This document shows, piece after piece, positions 39,859-48,925 of a stretch of 56,268 bases of DNA. Within the stretch, counting starts at the first letter, position 1, and every line of letters starts with the position of its first letter. Made by a program: the position numbers and the translations under genes. The notes under the pieces were generated by a model. The model did not search any database. It saw only the letters and a list, made by a program, of their open reading frames with translations, and was not told the origin of the DNA. This DNA is from Nitrososphaeria archaeon (GTDB lineage: Archaea > Thermoproteota > Nitrososphaeria > Nitrososphaerales > JAAOZN01): NCBI GenBank assembly GCA_029775855.1, contig JARVJZ010000005.1, positions 135,817-192,084 of the forward strand, given 5' to 3'.

Positions 39859-41277
39859 GTGAGAAAAAGGTTGGAATCTAAAGAAGAAAAGAGGATTGAG
39901 AAGGCGAAGCAAGTATTCGAATCAGCGAAGGAAAAGTTCGAACCCAAAAGCGTAATAAGAGTAGACCTACCAGAAGACGAACTACCAACATCCTGGTATA
40001 ACATAAACGCAGACCTACATAAATGCGGCATGAAGACACCCTTCCCAACCGGGCCTGGGTTAGCGATATTACCTAAGATCTTCCCACCCTCTCTCCTAGC
40101 GCAAGAGCTATCACACGACCGCTGGATCAAGATACCAGACGAGCTGCTTGAATACTACAAGATCTGGCGCCCCACACCACTACATCGGGCGAAGAGGCTT
40201 GAAGAGTTCCTAAAGACGCCTTGCAGAATCTACTATAAGCAGGAGTATGTGAGCCCACCTGGAAGCCACAAGCCGAACACAGCTATAGCGCAAGCGTACT
40301 TCAACAAGAAGGATGGCTATGAAGGGCTTGCAACAGAGACCGGAGCAGGTCAATGGGGTTCTGCATTAAGCTTCTCAGGCGCCTTGACCGGCTTAAAGGT
40401 CGATGTATTCATGGTTAGGGTCTCCTACTACCAGAAGCCAGGTAGGCGTGTGCTTATGGAGTCTTGGGGTGCGAGGTGTGTTCCATCTCCTTCTGTGCCC
40501 CCAGAGAGGGTCTATCCTGATATGGCAACTGAGTTCGCAAAGAAGGTCTTGGAGAAGGATCCAGATAGCCCAGGTTCACTGGGTATCGCGATATCTGAGG
40601 CTATAGAGCATGCGTTGAAGAAGCCCTATCCAATAAACTACTCTCTTGGTAGTGTTTTGAACCACGTGCTTATGCACCAGACCATAATTGGATTGGAGGC
40701 GAAGAAGCAGTTCGAACTCATCGACGAGTATCCGGATGTGCTCTTTGGATGCACAGGAGGGGGCTCAAACTACTCTGGCTTCACCTTCCCCTTCACCCAA
40801 GACAAGCTTGACGGCAAAAAACCTGACTTGAGGTTCGTGGCAGCCGAAGCTGAGTCTTGCCCAAGATACACCAAACCCAAGTATATTGGCTACGACTATG
40901 GCGACACAGCTGGCATGACACCTATGATATGGATGTATACACTTGGACACGACTTTGTGCCCCCTCGAATTCACGCCGGTGGGTTAAGGTATCACGGTAA
41001 TGCGCCTCAGCTCTGCACATTGGTCTACAAGAAGGTGCATGAAGTCGTCGCCATACCTCAGACCGAAATCTTCCAAGCCGGTCAGATCTTGTCTCAGACA
41101 GAAGGGTTCCTTAGTGCTCCAGAGACGCTCCACGCTTGGGCTGCTTTGATAAGAGAAGCTAGGAGATGCAAAGAGACTGGGGAGAAGAAGGTACTCGCCC
41201 TTAATGATAGCGGCCACGGTTGGTTGGATGTAAGAGGATACGACGAGTTTCTCAAGAAGAAGCTTGAGGTGGCTTAG
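39859..41277 (+). CDS. trpB2: TrpB2-type tryptophan synthase beta chain
   Basis: GSHKPNTA, TETGAGQWG, GGGSN, IHAGGLRYHG, SGHG. Confidence 0.93.
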   Translation: MRKRLESKEEKRIEKAKQVFESAKEKFEPKSVIRVDLPEDELPTSWYNINADLHKCGMKTPFPTGPGLAILPKIFPPSLLAQELSHDRWIKIPDELLEYYKIWRPTPLHRAKRLEEFLKTPCRIYYKQEYVSPPGSHKPNTAIAQAYFNKKDGYEGLATETGAGQWGSALSFSGALTGLKVDVFMVRVSYYQKPGRRVLMESWGARCVPSPSVPPERVYPDMATEFAKKVLEKDPDSPGSLGIAISEAIEHALKKPYPINYSLGSVLNHVLMHQTIIGLEAKKQFELIDEYPDVLFGCTGGGSNYSGFTFPFTQDKLDGKKPDLRFVAAEAESCPRYTKPKYIGYDYGDTAGMTPMIWMYTLGHDFVPPRIHAGGLRYHGNAPQLCTLVYKKVHEVVAIPQTEIFQAGQILSQTEGFLSAPETLHAWAALIREARRCKETGEKKVLALNDSGHGWLDVRGYDEFLKKKLEVA

Positions 41278-42044
41278 CCACCCTCACCTTTATTTTTTAA
41301 GCTTAGGTATCTTAGGGTGTTTTCGAATATTATGCTGCGCATATCCTCGAAGTCTAGTCTATGTAGTGTTGATAGGGTGTAGACGACGCTCGGTATGAAT
41401 GCTGGCAAAGCCGGCTTGTTTTGGAAGGCTGCGCCGAAGGAGACCGGACCATCTGTTTCGGTTAAAATTGATGTAGGTGGGGTGCTTAAGGCTAGGCGTT
41501 GGATCTTCTTCGAGTAGACGGTTGATGGGCCGTATGAGATGAAGTAGCCTCGCTCACAAGCTTCTTTCAGCTGCTGTGGTGTCCCAGCGAACCAGTGTAG
41601 CAGCACATTTCGTAGATTATATGTGCTGAGAGTAGCGAGGACATCGTCTACACTGCTTCTTGAGTGTATCGAAAGGGGTTTCTGAAGACGCTCAGCCAAT
41701 TTAAGCATAGATTCAAAGACCTCTTTTTGCCTCTTATATTCAACTTCATCCTTCGCGTATTTTCTATCTAAACCAACTTCACCTATACCAGCGAGGTTGG
41801 AGGGGTCTAAAACTGCTCTAAGAGAATCAGCATCTTCGCTCTGCGCTGACCAGGGATGCACACCTCCAAACGCTCTAACTGTTCCCCCAGCTTTGGCTTC
41901 GAGCTCTAGGTTTAGCTTAGAAGTTATGGCGTCAACAGCGACCGCAATCAGAATCTTGCTAGTAGCTTTAGCCTCTAAGAGGATTTGGTGTAAGAGACTC
42001 TTTAGTTCTGGGTCAGAGAGGTGGATATGCGCATCAGCGAACAT
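41274..42044 (-). CDS. tatD: TatD family hydrolase
   Basis: DAHIH, GVHPW, IGEVGLD, IHSR, LHWF, ETDGP. Confidence 0.92.
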   Translation of the reverse strand: MFADAHIHLSDPELKSLLHQILLEAKATSKILIAVAVDAITSKLNLELEAKAGGTVRAFGGVHPWSAQSEDADSLRAVLDPSNLAGIGEVGLDRKYAKDEVEYKRQKEVFESMLKLAERLQKPLSIHSRSSVDDVLATLSTYNLRNVLLHWFAGTPQQLKEACERGYFISYGPSTVYSKKIQRLALSTPPTSILTETDGPVSFGAAFQNKPALPAFIPSVVYTLSTLHRLDFEDMRSIIFENTLRYLSLKNKGEGG

Positions 42045-42111
42045 AGTTTAATCTACTTTGCTAAGCTATTTAGCCTTAGAGTTAAATACTCGAGATTAAG
42101 ATTTAGCTAAT

Positions 42112-42339
42112 GTGATGGGTATGTCTGAGCAAGAGCTCGGTTTGGCTGCGGTCTACAGGCTCATAAAGAAAGGTGGCGCTGAGAGGGTTAGTGATGAAGC
42201 AGCTGAGGAGCTAAGAGTTATTCTAGAGGAGTTGGCGGTTAAGATAGCTCAATACGCTGTTGAGTTGGCAGAGCACGCTGGTAGAAAGACGGTTAGAGCG
42301 ATTGACATAAGGCTCGCGTCAAAGAACATTCTCAGATAA
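42112..42339 (+). CDS. archaeal histone
   Basis: RLIKKGGAERVS.EA, HAGRKTVRAIDI. Start likely ATG 42121. Confidence 0.95.
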   Translation: MMGMSEQELGLAAVYRLIKKGGAERVSDEAAEELRVILEELAVKIAQYAVELAEHAGRKTVRAIDIRLASKNILR

Positions 42340-42344
42340 CCGTT

Positions 42345-43208
42345 TCAAATAGACACTAAGGCGATTCCTAAAGCTATAGCCATACACCCCAATATGAGCG
42401 CTGGTGTCAGACGCTCCTTAAGTAGTAGAGTTGCTAAAAACACGGTCATAAAAGGGTAAGAATTCGAAACTGGCAGAACTATTACTATAGGTGCATTTTC
42501 AAGAGCGTGTATAAGCGCTATCGAACCAACAGCATTAAAAAAGCCTGATAAAGCGTAGAAGAAAGCTGCCCTCTTAGGGACGCTACGCACATCAGGAGGC
42601 TTCTTAAATGCAGTCATAAGCAGAAGATAAAGAGCTAGGCTGAAGATAAAAGATAACATAGCGCCTTCAGCTGCGTGTCCACCTGCATCTAGACCTACTC
42701 TCATCAACACTGGAAAGAGTGTGAAGCCAAACATCGCTAAAAGTGCATATAGAAAACCTCTACTCGAACTGGAAGTTGTAGCCTCTCCCTTTATAACAGT
42801 CAAAATTCCTAATGTTACTAGAACCATCCCAGATAAGATACCGAGTGAGATTTCCTCTTGAAAGAGTGGGACAGAGATCGCTGCTGCGAGAAAGGGTCTG
42901 AGAACATTCACCATAGTAGTTCTACCAGCGCCGATAGTGTTTATAGCAGCATAGTAGCTCAGATACCCTACAACACCACCAAATATTGATGCAGCGAAAA
43001 AAGATAGCAGCACAATCGGCTTTAAGGTCAAAACCTGTTGAGTGGCAAGAAAGTATAGTACGGTAAAGAAGATCGATGAAAACCTGTCTACCACATAGCC
43101 GCTTAGCGTCTTACCTCCGTGAACACGCGCTTTAGCCATAGAGAGAGCGCCTAAGGCCCAAGCGAGAGAACATGTTAACGCTAGTATGACGCCGATGGTT
43201 GTGTTCAA
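42345..43208 (-). CDS. DMT/EamA family transporter
   Basis: 10 TM in two repeats; P..A......F.E and P.......LLKE motifs. Confidence 0.85.
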   Translation of the reverse strand: MNTTIGVILALTCSLAWALGALSMAKARVHGGKTLSGYVVDRFSSIFFTVLYFLATQQVLTLKPIVLLSFFAASIFGGVVGYLSYYAAINTIGAGRTTMVNVLRPFLAAAISVPLFQEEISLGILSGMVLVTLGILTVIKGEATTSSSSRGFLYALLAMFGFTLFPVLMRVGLDAGGHAAEGAMLSFIFSLALYLLLMTAFKKPPDVRSVPKRAAFFYALSGFFNAVGSIALIHALENAPIVIVLPVSNSYPFMTVFLATLLLKERLTPALILGCMAIALGIALVSI

Positions 43209-43259
43209 TCTTAGAACTGATTGCTTAACCTACTATTAAACTATGAGTTTAAAGCGAGG

Positions 43260-44072
43260 CTAGGTTATGTAGCTAGGTCCGCTGCGCATATCATACTCTA
43301 GCTCGAGGCTTCTAACCAGGCTTGTTAAAGCAGAGTCTTGAGCGACTTCCTTATCTAGGGTCTCTTTTAACCTCTTTGCTTCATTCTCTAGCTCCGTTAG
43401 GTTAAACTTTGTGTTCAGAAGGTCTGAGAGCCTTCTAAGTAGGTGGAGGCTTGTGTTCGCATCTGTGTGCGCTATGTATTGCGGGACATGCCCCCATAGG
43501 CTTGCTCCAAGTATGCCTTTTTTACGCAGTTCTGTAAGGAGATAGGTGTAGAGGCTGGCTGGTCCTTCATAGTCTATCATCTTAAGATTCTTGCTTGTTA
43601 AAAGAGGTGCTAATGATGGATCATTCACTACCGCGGAGATTAAGGGTGGGCGTGTATGAGGAACTCTATCGAGGAGCCCTCCAAGCGCATAGCAGAATTT
43701 CACACCAAGTTTAGATGATATATCCACAATCTCCCGCACATATTTAGCCCACCTTAGGTGAGGCTCAACTCCAGTAAGTAAGATTAAATCTATATTTATG
43801 CCGCTCTCTTTCCCTATTAGGTAGTAAAGTTCGTTGGTGGCGAACTTTAAATCCTCTATGACGCCCAGATTTATTGCTGTAGTTGGGCGTTCTATGTTGA
43901 AGGTGTAGTATTCATCTGGGTCTATCGAGGCAAACTTGGTCATTTTAAGCGCTCTAATAAGGTAGCGTGTTGAATGTGAGGCAACTAATCCTGCGTCTGT
44001 CCATCCGGCTAATCCTACAATCAAGTAGGGTGATGATAGGGTTGGTAGCTCGGTGTAGATTATGCTCGTCAT
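43260..44072 (-). CDS. PAC2 family (proteasome assembly chaperone-like) protein
   Basis: GWTDAG, EPHLRW, VPHTRP, YEGP, LWGHVPQY. Confidence 0.85.
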   Translation of the reverse strand: MTSIIYTELPTLSSPYLIVGLAGWTDAGLVASHSTRYLIRALKMTKFASIDPDEYYTFNIERPTTAINLGVIEDLKFATNELYYLIGKESGINIDLILLTGVEPHLRWAKYVREIVDISSKLGVKFCYALGGLLDRVPHTRPPLISAVVNDPSLAPLLTSKNLKMIDYEGPASLYTYLLTELRKKGILGASLWGHVPQYIAHTDANTSLHLLRRLSDLLNTKFNLTELENEAKRLKETLDKEVAQDSALTSLVRSLELEYDMRSGPSYIT

Positions 44073-44121
44073 CTTCAGCCTATCTTATTGACATAAGGGC
44101 TCCTTAAACTTACCTTTCAAC

Positions 44122-45282
44122 TTAAAGTGCTTGGAACTTTTCAGACCAGCTTATGTAGGCGTTCACCATCTCTTTTGAGACGCTGGATTTTCTGCTTCGA
44201 AGTATCTCCTTAAAGTCTGCAAGAGTTATCTCCCTAGGTTGGGCTGATTTATCGCTTGCTTTACCGCTTTCAAAGAGCTCAACAACCACTCGGATCTGGG
44301 CGGCTTGGCATATATCTCTGATGTCGCTTCCAGTGTAGCCTTCCGTATATTTCGCCAGCTCTTCGAGCTTAAGTGAGGGATCAATCTTAAGAGGCGCGGT
44401 ATAGTAGCGGAACATGCTTATTCTAGCGGCAGTATCAGGGAGGGGTATGAAGATCCGCTTCTGAAACCTTCTTATGAACGGCCAATCTAGAGACCAAGGT
44501 TTGTTAGTTGCGCCTATGATGTAGAGGTGTAGATACTTACCTTTATCCGCTATACCATCCATTTCTTTAAGGAACTGGTTTCTAACTCTTACTTCACCAC
44601 CAACTTCTTGGTTTCTCGTTCCAAGCAGCGAATCTAACTCATCTATGAAAATGATAACAGGAGTGTTATCTTTTTCAATTATGCTCCTCGCTGTAGAGAA
44701 GAGGCGTTCAACATTCTTCTCAGCCTCACCAAGCCACTTCGACATAATGGATGCAGCATCAACCGTCATAAAAGTAGCGTTAATTTCAGCAGCAGCCGCA
44801 GCAGCCAACATGGTTTTGCCGCAGCCTGGCGGCCCATAGAGTAGTATCCCTCTAGGCCAACCTAGTGGGAAGAGGTCTGGTCTCTGAACTGGGAAGATTA
44901 TGCTTTCTTTTATGGCTTGTTTTGCTTGGTCTAAGCCTATGACTTCATCCCAACTTACTTTTGGTTTTTCATGTAGTACTAGGTCGTTGTAGGTTGCTTT
45001 GAGTGATTCCACTACTTTTGGCGTTGATTTACGGTGTTCTGATTCATCTTGGCTATCATCTAACCCTTGTAGAGCCTTTATTCTTTCTTGGTAGGCTTTT
45101 GCGCGTTCGATATATAGTTTGTTGAGATTGTAGTCTGGGTAGATCTTGGCTAGTGTGATGAGTGTCTGTATGGCCTTCTGATACATTTGTATAGCCATTC
45201 CTCTAGAGCCTTGTGAATCCAGTCTAATTGCTTCTGCTGCATATCTTCTTGCCGCTTCTTCAAGCTCTTGTGCTGCAGACAA
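44122..45282 (-). CDS. cdvC: CdvC / Vps4 AAA ATPase
   Basis: N-terminal MIT domain, FPLGWPRGILLYGPPGCGKT, EVGGEVRVRNQFLKEMDG, RRFQKR. Confidence 0.95.
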   Translation of the reverse strand: MSAAQELEEAARRYAAEAIRLDSQGSRGMAIQMYQKAIQTLITLAKIYPDYNLNKLYIERAKAYQERIKALQGLDDSQDESEHRKSTPKVVESLKATYNDLVLHEKPKVSWDEVIGLDQAKQAIKESIIFPVQRPDLFPLGWPRGILLYGPPGCGKTMLAAAAAAEINATFMTVDAASIMSKWLGEAEKNVERLFSTARSIIEKDNTPVIIFIDELDSLLGTRNQEVGGEVRVRNQFLKEMDGIADKGKYLHLYIIGATNKPWSLDWPFIRRFQKRIFIPLPDTAARISMFRYYTAPLKIDPSLKLEELAKYTEGYTGSDIRDICQAAQIRVVVELFESGKASDKSAQPREITLADFKEILRSRKSSVSKEMVNAYISWSEKFQAL

Positions 45283-45283
45283 C

Positions 45284-46126
45284 CTATGCCACCTCTGGGG
45301 CTAACTTTATACTGCTCTCTTCACTTATCATCTTCAGAGCGACTTCCTCGACTAGGTCTATGGGTAGATTCAGCACCACCGAAGCCTCGATTATATTATA
45401 TTCACCTCTCTCTTTGAAGAATCTTCTAACTTTTTCCTCAACCTTACCACTTAGGGTACTGCTATTTGCAGCATAGATTGCATTCTGTGAATCTGTTAGG
45501 TTTGTAAGGCTTCGCATCTTCTTGAATAAGGAGCGTCCTTTCGCTTGCTGGATAGAGGAAGGTATGGGTTCGTTTATTTCGCTTGCTAAATACAGAGCGT
45601 ATCTTTCAGCGTCTTCAGTAAGCCCATCTACACTGCTGTTAAGGTCGAAGTCGAATCCGCAGGAAAGGTTGCTCAGGTCTGCTAGAGTTTCGGATAGGGT
45701 TCTGGTCGCTTCAGAGGCTATGTTTTCAAGCGCGGGTGTGGGCTCCTCTTTACCGTATATGTGCTTTATTATATCAGCTGCTGAAGACATATGTTTCATC
45801 GCTTCGCTTATATCACGAATACTTTCAAACCGCGTTATTATCTGTGTTAGAGCAACCTCACATAACGAAACAGCATTTATCACCTTCTTTAACTCGCTAC
45901 ATTCATCTGTGAATAGCGTGATCCTAACGGAGTCATCTAGTTCCCTAGCCTTTTCTAGAGCCTCTATTAGATTCTGCATTCTTGCTTCAAGTCTGCTCTT
46001 CAAGATGTGGAGTTGATGCCTACGCTCTTCAATCTTTAAGATAGCAGATCCAAGCCTATCCTTAAGTTCACCACGCCCAAACTTAACGACCTTTCTAAAT
46101 GAACTAAACATACTCACCATCTCCAT
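45284..46126 (-). CDS. cdvB: CdvB-like ESCRT-III protein with C-terminal winged-helix-like domain
   Basis: Snf7-like helical core (ALTQIITRFESIRD) plus C-terminal EEKVRRF..RGEYNI.EAS..LNLP...VEE; directly upstream of cdvC. Confidence 0.72.
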   Translation of the reverse strand: MEMVSMFSSFRKVVKFGRGELKDRLGSAILKIEERRHQLHILKSRLEARMQNLIEALEKARELDDSVRITLFTDECSELKKVINAVSLCEVALTQIITRFESIRDISEAMKHMSSAADIIKHIYGKEEPTPALENIASEATRTLSETLADLSNLSCGFDFDLNSSVDGLTEDAERYALYLASEINEPIPSSIQQAKGRSLFKKMRSLTNLTDSQNAIYAANSSTLSGKVEEKVRRFFKERGEYNIIEASVVLNLPIDLVEEVALKMISEESSIKLAPEVA

Positions 46127-46159
46127 ATAGAGGAATTAAACAAAAAGGTGGGGAATTGA

Positions 46160-46194
46160 GCTGCCACAACCGCTTCTTTTGCGGCTGTGGTAGC
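46160..46194 (-). terminator. intergenic stem-loop followed by a U-rich tract on the minus strand
   Basis: 14-bp stem GCTGCCACAACCGC/GCGGCTGTGGTAGC (one mismatch, one wobble) with a 7-nt loop; the minus strand continues TCAATTCCCCACCTTTTTGTTT. Confidence 0.55.
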
Positions 46195-46219
46195 ATCGCA
46201 TCTCTATTATTCTATATTC

Positions 46220-46873
46220 TTAGCTGATGCCTTCGACTGTATCTGAAGCCTTTACAGAGCTGGGTAGGTCAGGGAACCTTTCACGCATCTTCTGCTCAGC
46301 TACCGCAGACGCTTCGGCAAGTATCTTCTCAGCATCCTCATTAGCCGCTTCGAAGTTGATTGTGCTTGAACCTAATTGACCAGCATCGACCAATATGCTT
46401 CCGAGCAGGTTGCTTATGTCGCTTATCTCATTCTCAGCCTCAGGCAAGACTGACACAAGACCGCTCTTTATGTTTCTAATCACACCCATCGCTGGCGCTA
46501 ATGTTACCACGATATCTCCGAGTTCTTGAACAGTGTTGAGCCTCAAGACGATCTGCTCCAGCGCGAGCTTCGCAGATGTGACCATCTTATTCATCTTTCT
46601 GATTTCAGCAAGCTCATTAGCGAAGACTGAAGCGTGCTGCATGTCGTGCTTCTGTATAGAAGCAACAACTTTGTTGAAGATTGCTGCATCTCTCTCCTTC
46701 AGCTTTAGTGATGTTGCGTCTAGCTTAGATATCTGGATCTGAATCTGTCTTATGGCTGCTTCTAACCTAGGCTTCAGAGGACCTACTGGTCGGACTGCTT
46801 CACGCACTCTTTCTCCGAAACCACCGCCGCTGGGCTTATTCCATTTAGATACGAATTCGGACATTTTAAGCAC
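46220..46873 (-). CDS. ESCRT-III Snf7-family protein (CdvB1/B2-like)
   Basis: ANELAEIRKM, LALEQIVLRLNTV.ELGD.V.TL.PA, KILAEAS.VAE...FPDLP. Start likely ATG 46864. Confidence 0.92.
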   Translation of the reverse strand: MLKMSEFVSKWNKPSGGGFGERVREAVRPVGPLKPRLEAAIRQIQIQISKLDATSLKLKERDAAIFNKVVASIQKHDMQHASVFANELAEIRKMNKMVTSAKLALEQIVLRLNTVQELGDIVVTLAPAMGVIRNIKSGLVSVLPEAENEISDISNLLGSILVDAGQLGSSTINFEAANEDAEKILAEASAVAEQKMRERFPDLPSSVKASDTVEGIS

Positions 46874-46911
46874 CGTGTTGAATATTATCGACCTTCTTTT
46901 TTATCGGGGTT

Positions 46912-48168
46912 GTGTCGTCAGATAGAGTAACCACGGTTACAACAGAAGGAGTGACATCTAGGATGGTCAAATCTGCATTAGAGAACTTTGGTTTAAGCGA
47001 GTATGAGTCTAGGGCATATGTTACACTGCTAAAACATGACTCACTTACAGTAAGCGAGCTGGCATATAGAGCTCAAATCCCACGCACTAAAGCTTATTCT
47101 GTGGTTAGGTCGCTCGTCAGAAAAGGGTTGGCTGAGCTTCTGAACAAGAAGCCTACTAAATGCCGCGCTCTACCCCCAGAAGAAAACCTCGAGAACCTAG
47201 TCTTAATTGAAGAGAAGCGTCTCAAAGCTATGAAAAAGGAGATAGGAAAACTTAGACAAATATACGAAGAGGTTAGGAAGCCAGCAGACTACATAAACTA
47301 CAAGTATATGGGAATAGGTGCTAGAGCGCTAGCAACAAAAGTCTCAGAGATGATAACACTCTCCAGAACATCCATAAGATGCATCGTTGGCAGCTGGGGG
47401 TTAAGAATGCTCAGCGAATGTAAAGATGCGATGCTCAACGCACGCCTCAACGATGTAAAGCTTCAGATAGTTAGACTTTGGAGATACGGCGAAGATTGGC
47501 GTGAAGACGAACTGCTTTCAGGATTTGATCTACGCGTCGTTAGATACCCTCTTGAACTGAACCTCTTCTTATTTGATGAGCACACAGTCATCATCGCCGA
47601 GGAGTTGACTGGCAGAGGTGTCCTTATACCCTCAAAAGAGGTTAACACTGTAATTTCAACGGGGTTGTTTAAGAGGCTCTGGTCTATCTCCATGCCTCTT
47701 CAAAACGTTACAACAATCTTATCTCTGAAGGATGGTGAGGATGTGCTTGAGCTTCTTGACCCAGATTGTGTAAACCAAGCATTCATCAGAGCGGTAGCTG
47801 CAACTCTGCAAGACGAAGAGCTGATAGCTCAAATAGGTTTGAGGTTCATCGAGGAGCTTGAGAGCGGTATGAATGTCGCCTTGTTTAGTAAGCCTCTGGA
47901 TATCAACCTACCTATAATACTCAGCCTACTCACCCAGAGCCTAGGTGAAGAGAGCTTCGTTAGATTCGACCCCTTGACGAAGTTGATAAACATCGAAGCG
48001 CCAGACACAAAGATGCTTGTACCAGCATCTATCTGGTTCTTCGCGTTAAGCGGGGTATTGAAGAGAAATGAGACACCTTTGATCATACTGCAGAGCACAT
48101 TACACCCAGATGAGCATAAGCATATACTCCAAGCTAAAATATCTGCTAAGAGCACAGCTAACCCTTAA
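46912..48168 (+). CDS. TrmB family transcriptional regulator with extended C-terminus
   Basis: FGLSEYESRAYVTLL, IPRTKAYSVVRSL..KGL HTH. Confidence 0.85.
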   Translation: MSSDRVTTVTTEGVTSRMVKSALENFGLSEYESRAYVTLLKHDSLTVSELAYRAQIPRTKAYSVVRSLVRKGLAELLNKKPTKCRALPPEENLENLVLIEEKRLKAMKKEIGKLRQIYEEVRKPADYINYKYMGIGARALATKVSEMITLSRTSIRCIVGSWGLRMLSECKDAMLNARLNDVKLQIVRLWRYGEDWREDELLSGFDLRVVRYPLELNLFLFDEHTVIIAEELTGRGVLIPSKEVNTVISTGLFKRLWSISMPLQNVTTILSLKDGEDVLELLDPDCVNQAFIRAVAATLQDEELIAQIGLRFIEELESGMNVALFSKPLDINLPIILSLLTQSLGEESFVRFDPLTKLINIEAPDTKMLVPASIWFFALSGVLKRNETPLIILQSTLHPDEHKHILQAKISAKSTANP

Positions 48169-48195
48169 AACACTGTTTACACATGTATACCTCAG

Positions 48196-48882
48196 ATGCG
48201 GGCTGTCTTCATCTCAGACATCCATAGCAACTTGGAGGCGTTAAACGCTGTCGCCGCAACTATACCTGATGCACCTATCTACTGCTTGGGTGATGTTGTT
48301 GGCTACGGTGCAAACCCTAACGAGGTTATTGAGTGGGTGAGGGAAAACGTTGAACTCTGCATCCTAGGCAATCATGATGTGGCTGTTTTGAGTGGCGATG
48401 TATCTTGGTTCAACCCAGCCGCAGCGAAGGCTATAAAATGGAGTAGGGGTGTAATCAAACCAGAGAATCTAAATTTTCTGAAGAGCTTAGCTGATAGAGC
48501 GAGGCTGAACATAGTTGGCTTGAAGACACTACTTGTTCACGGAAGCCCAGACGACCCGATAAGCGAATATGTTTACCTCGAAACTCACTCCCAATTATTC
48601 AACATCTACCTACATAGAGAAGGTGTTGACTTAATAGGTATGGGGCATACACATATACCCTATGCTTGGCGCTCAAGTAGTGGAGTGGTCTTTAACCCTG
48701 GTTCTGTAGGTCAACCACGCTCAGGAAATCCACAAGCGTGCTACGCAATATTAGAGTATGATGGCGCCACTCTAAATATAGAGCATAAGCTGATACGATA
48801 CGATATCGAATCCGCAGCGAGCAAGATACTTGCGTCTGGTCTTCCTACCTTTTTAGCGAGTAGACTATTTTCAGGTATCTAA
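48196..48882 (+). CDS. calcineurin-like metallophosphoesterase
   Basis: SDIHSN, GDVVGYG, GNHD, HGSP, GHTH, NPGSVGQPR. Confidence 0.92.
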   Translation: MRAVFISDIHSNLEALNAVAATIPDAPIYCLGDVVGYGANPNEVIEWVRENVELCILGNHDVAVLSGDVSWFNPAAAKAIKWSRGVIKPENLNFLKSLADRARLNIVGLKTLLVHGSPDDPISEYVYLETHSQLFNIYLHREGVDLIGMGHTHIPYAWRSSSGVVFNPGSVGQPRSGNPQACYAILEYDGATLNIEHKLIRYDIESAASKILASGLPTFLASRLFSGI

Positions 48883-48925
48883 AGGGAAGCCTAAAGGCTT
48901 TAAACCAAGTATCTTATGCCTCAAG

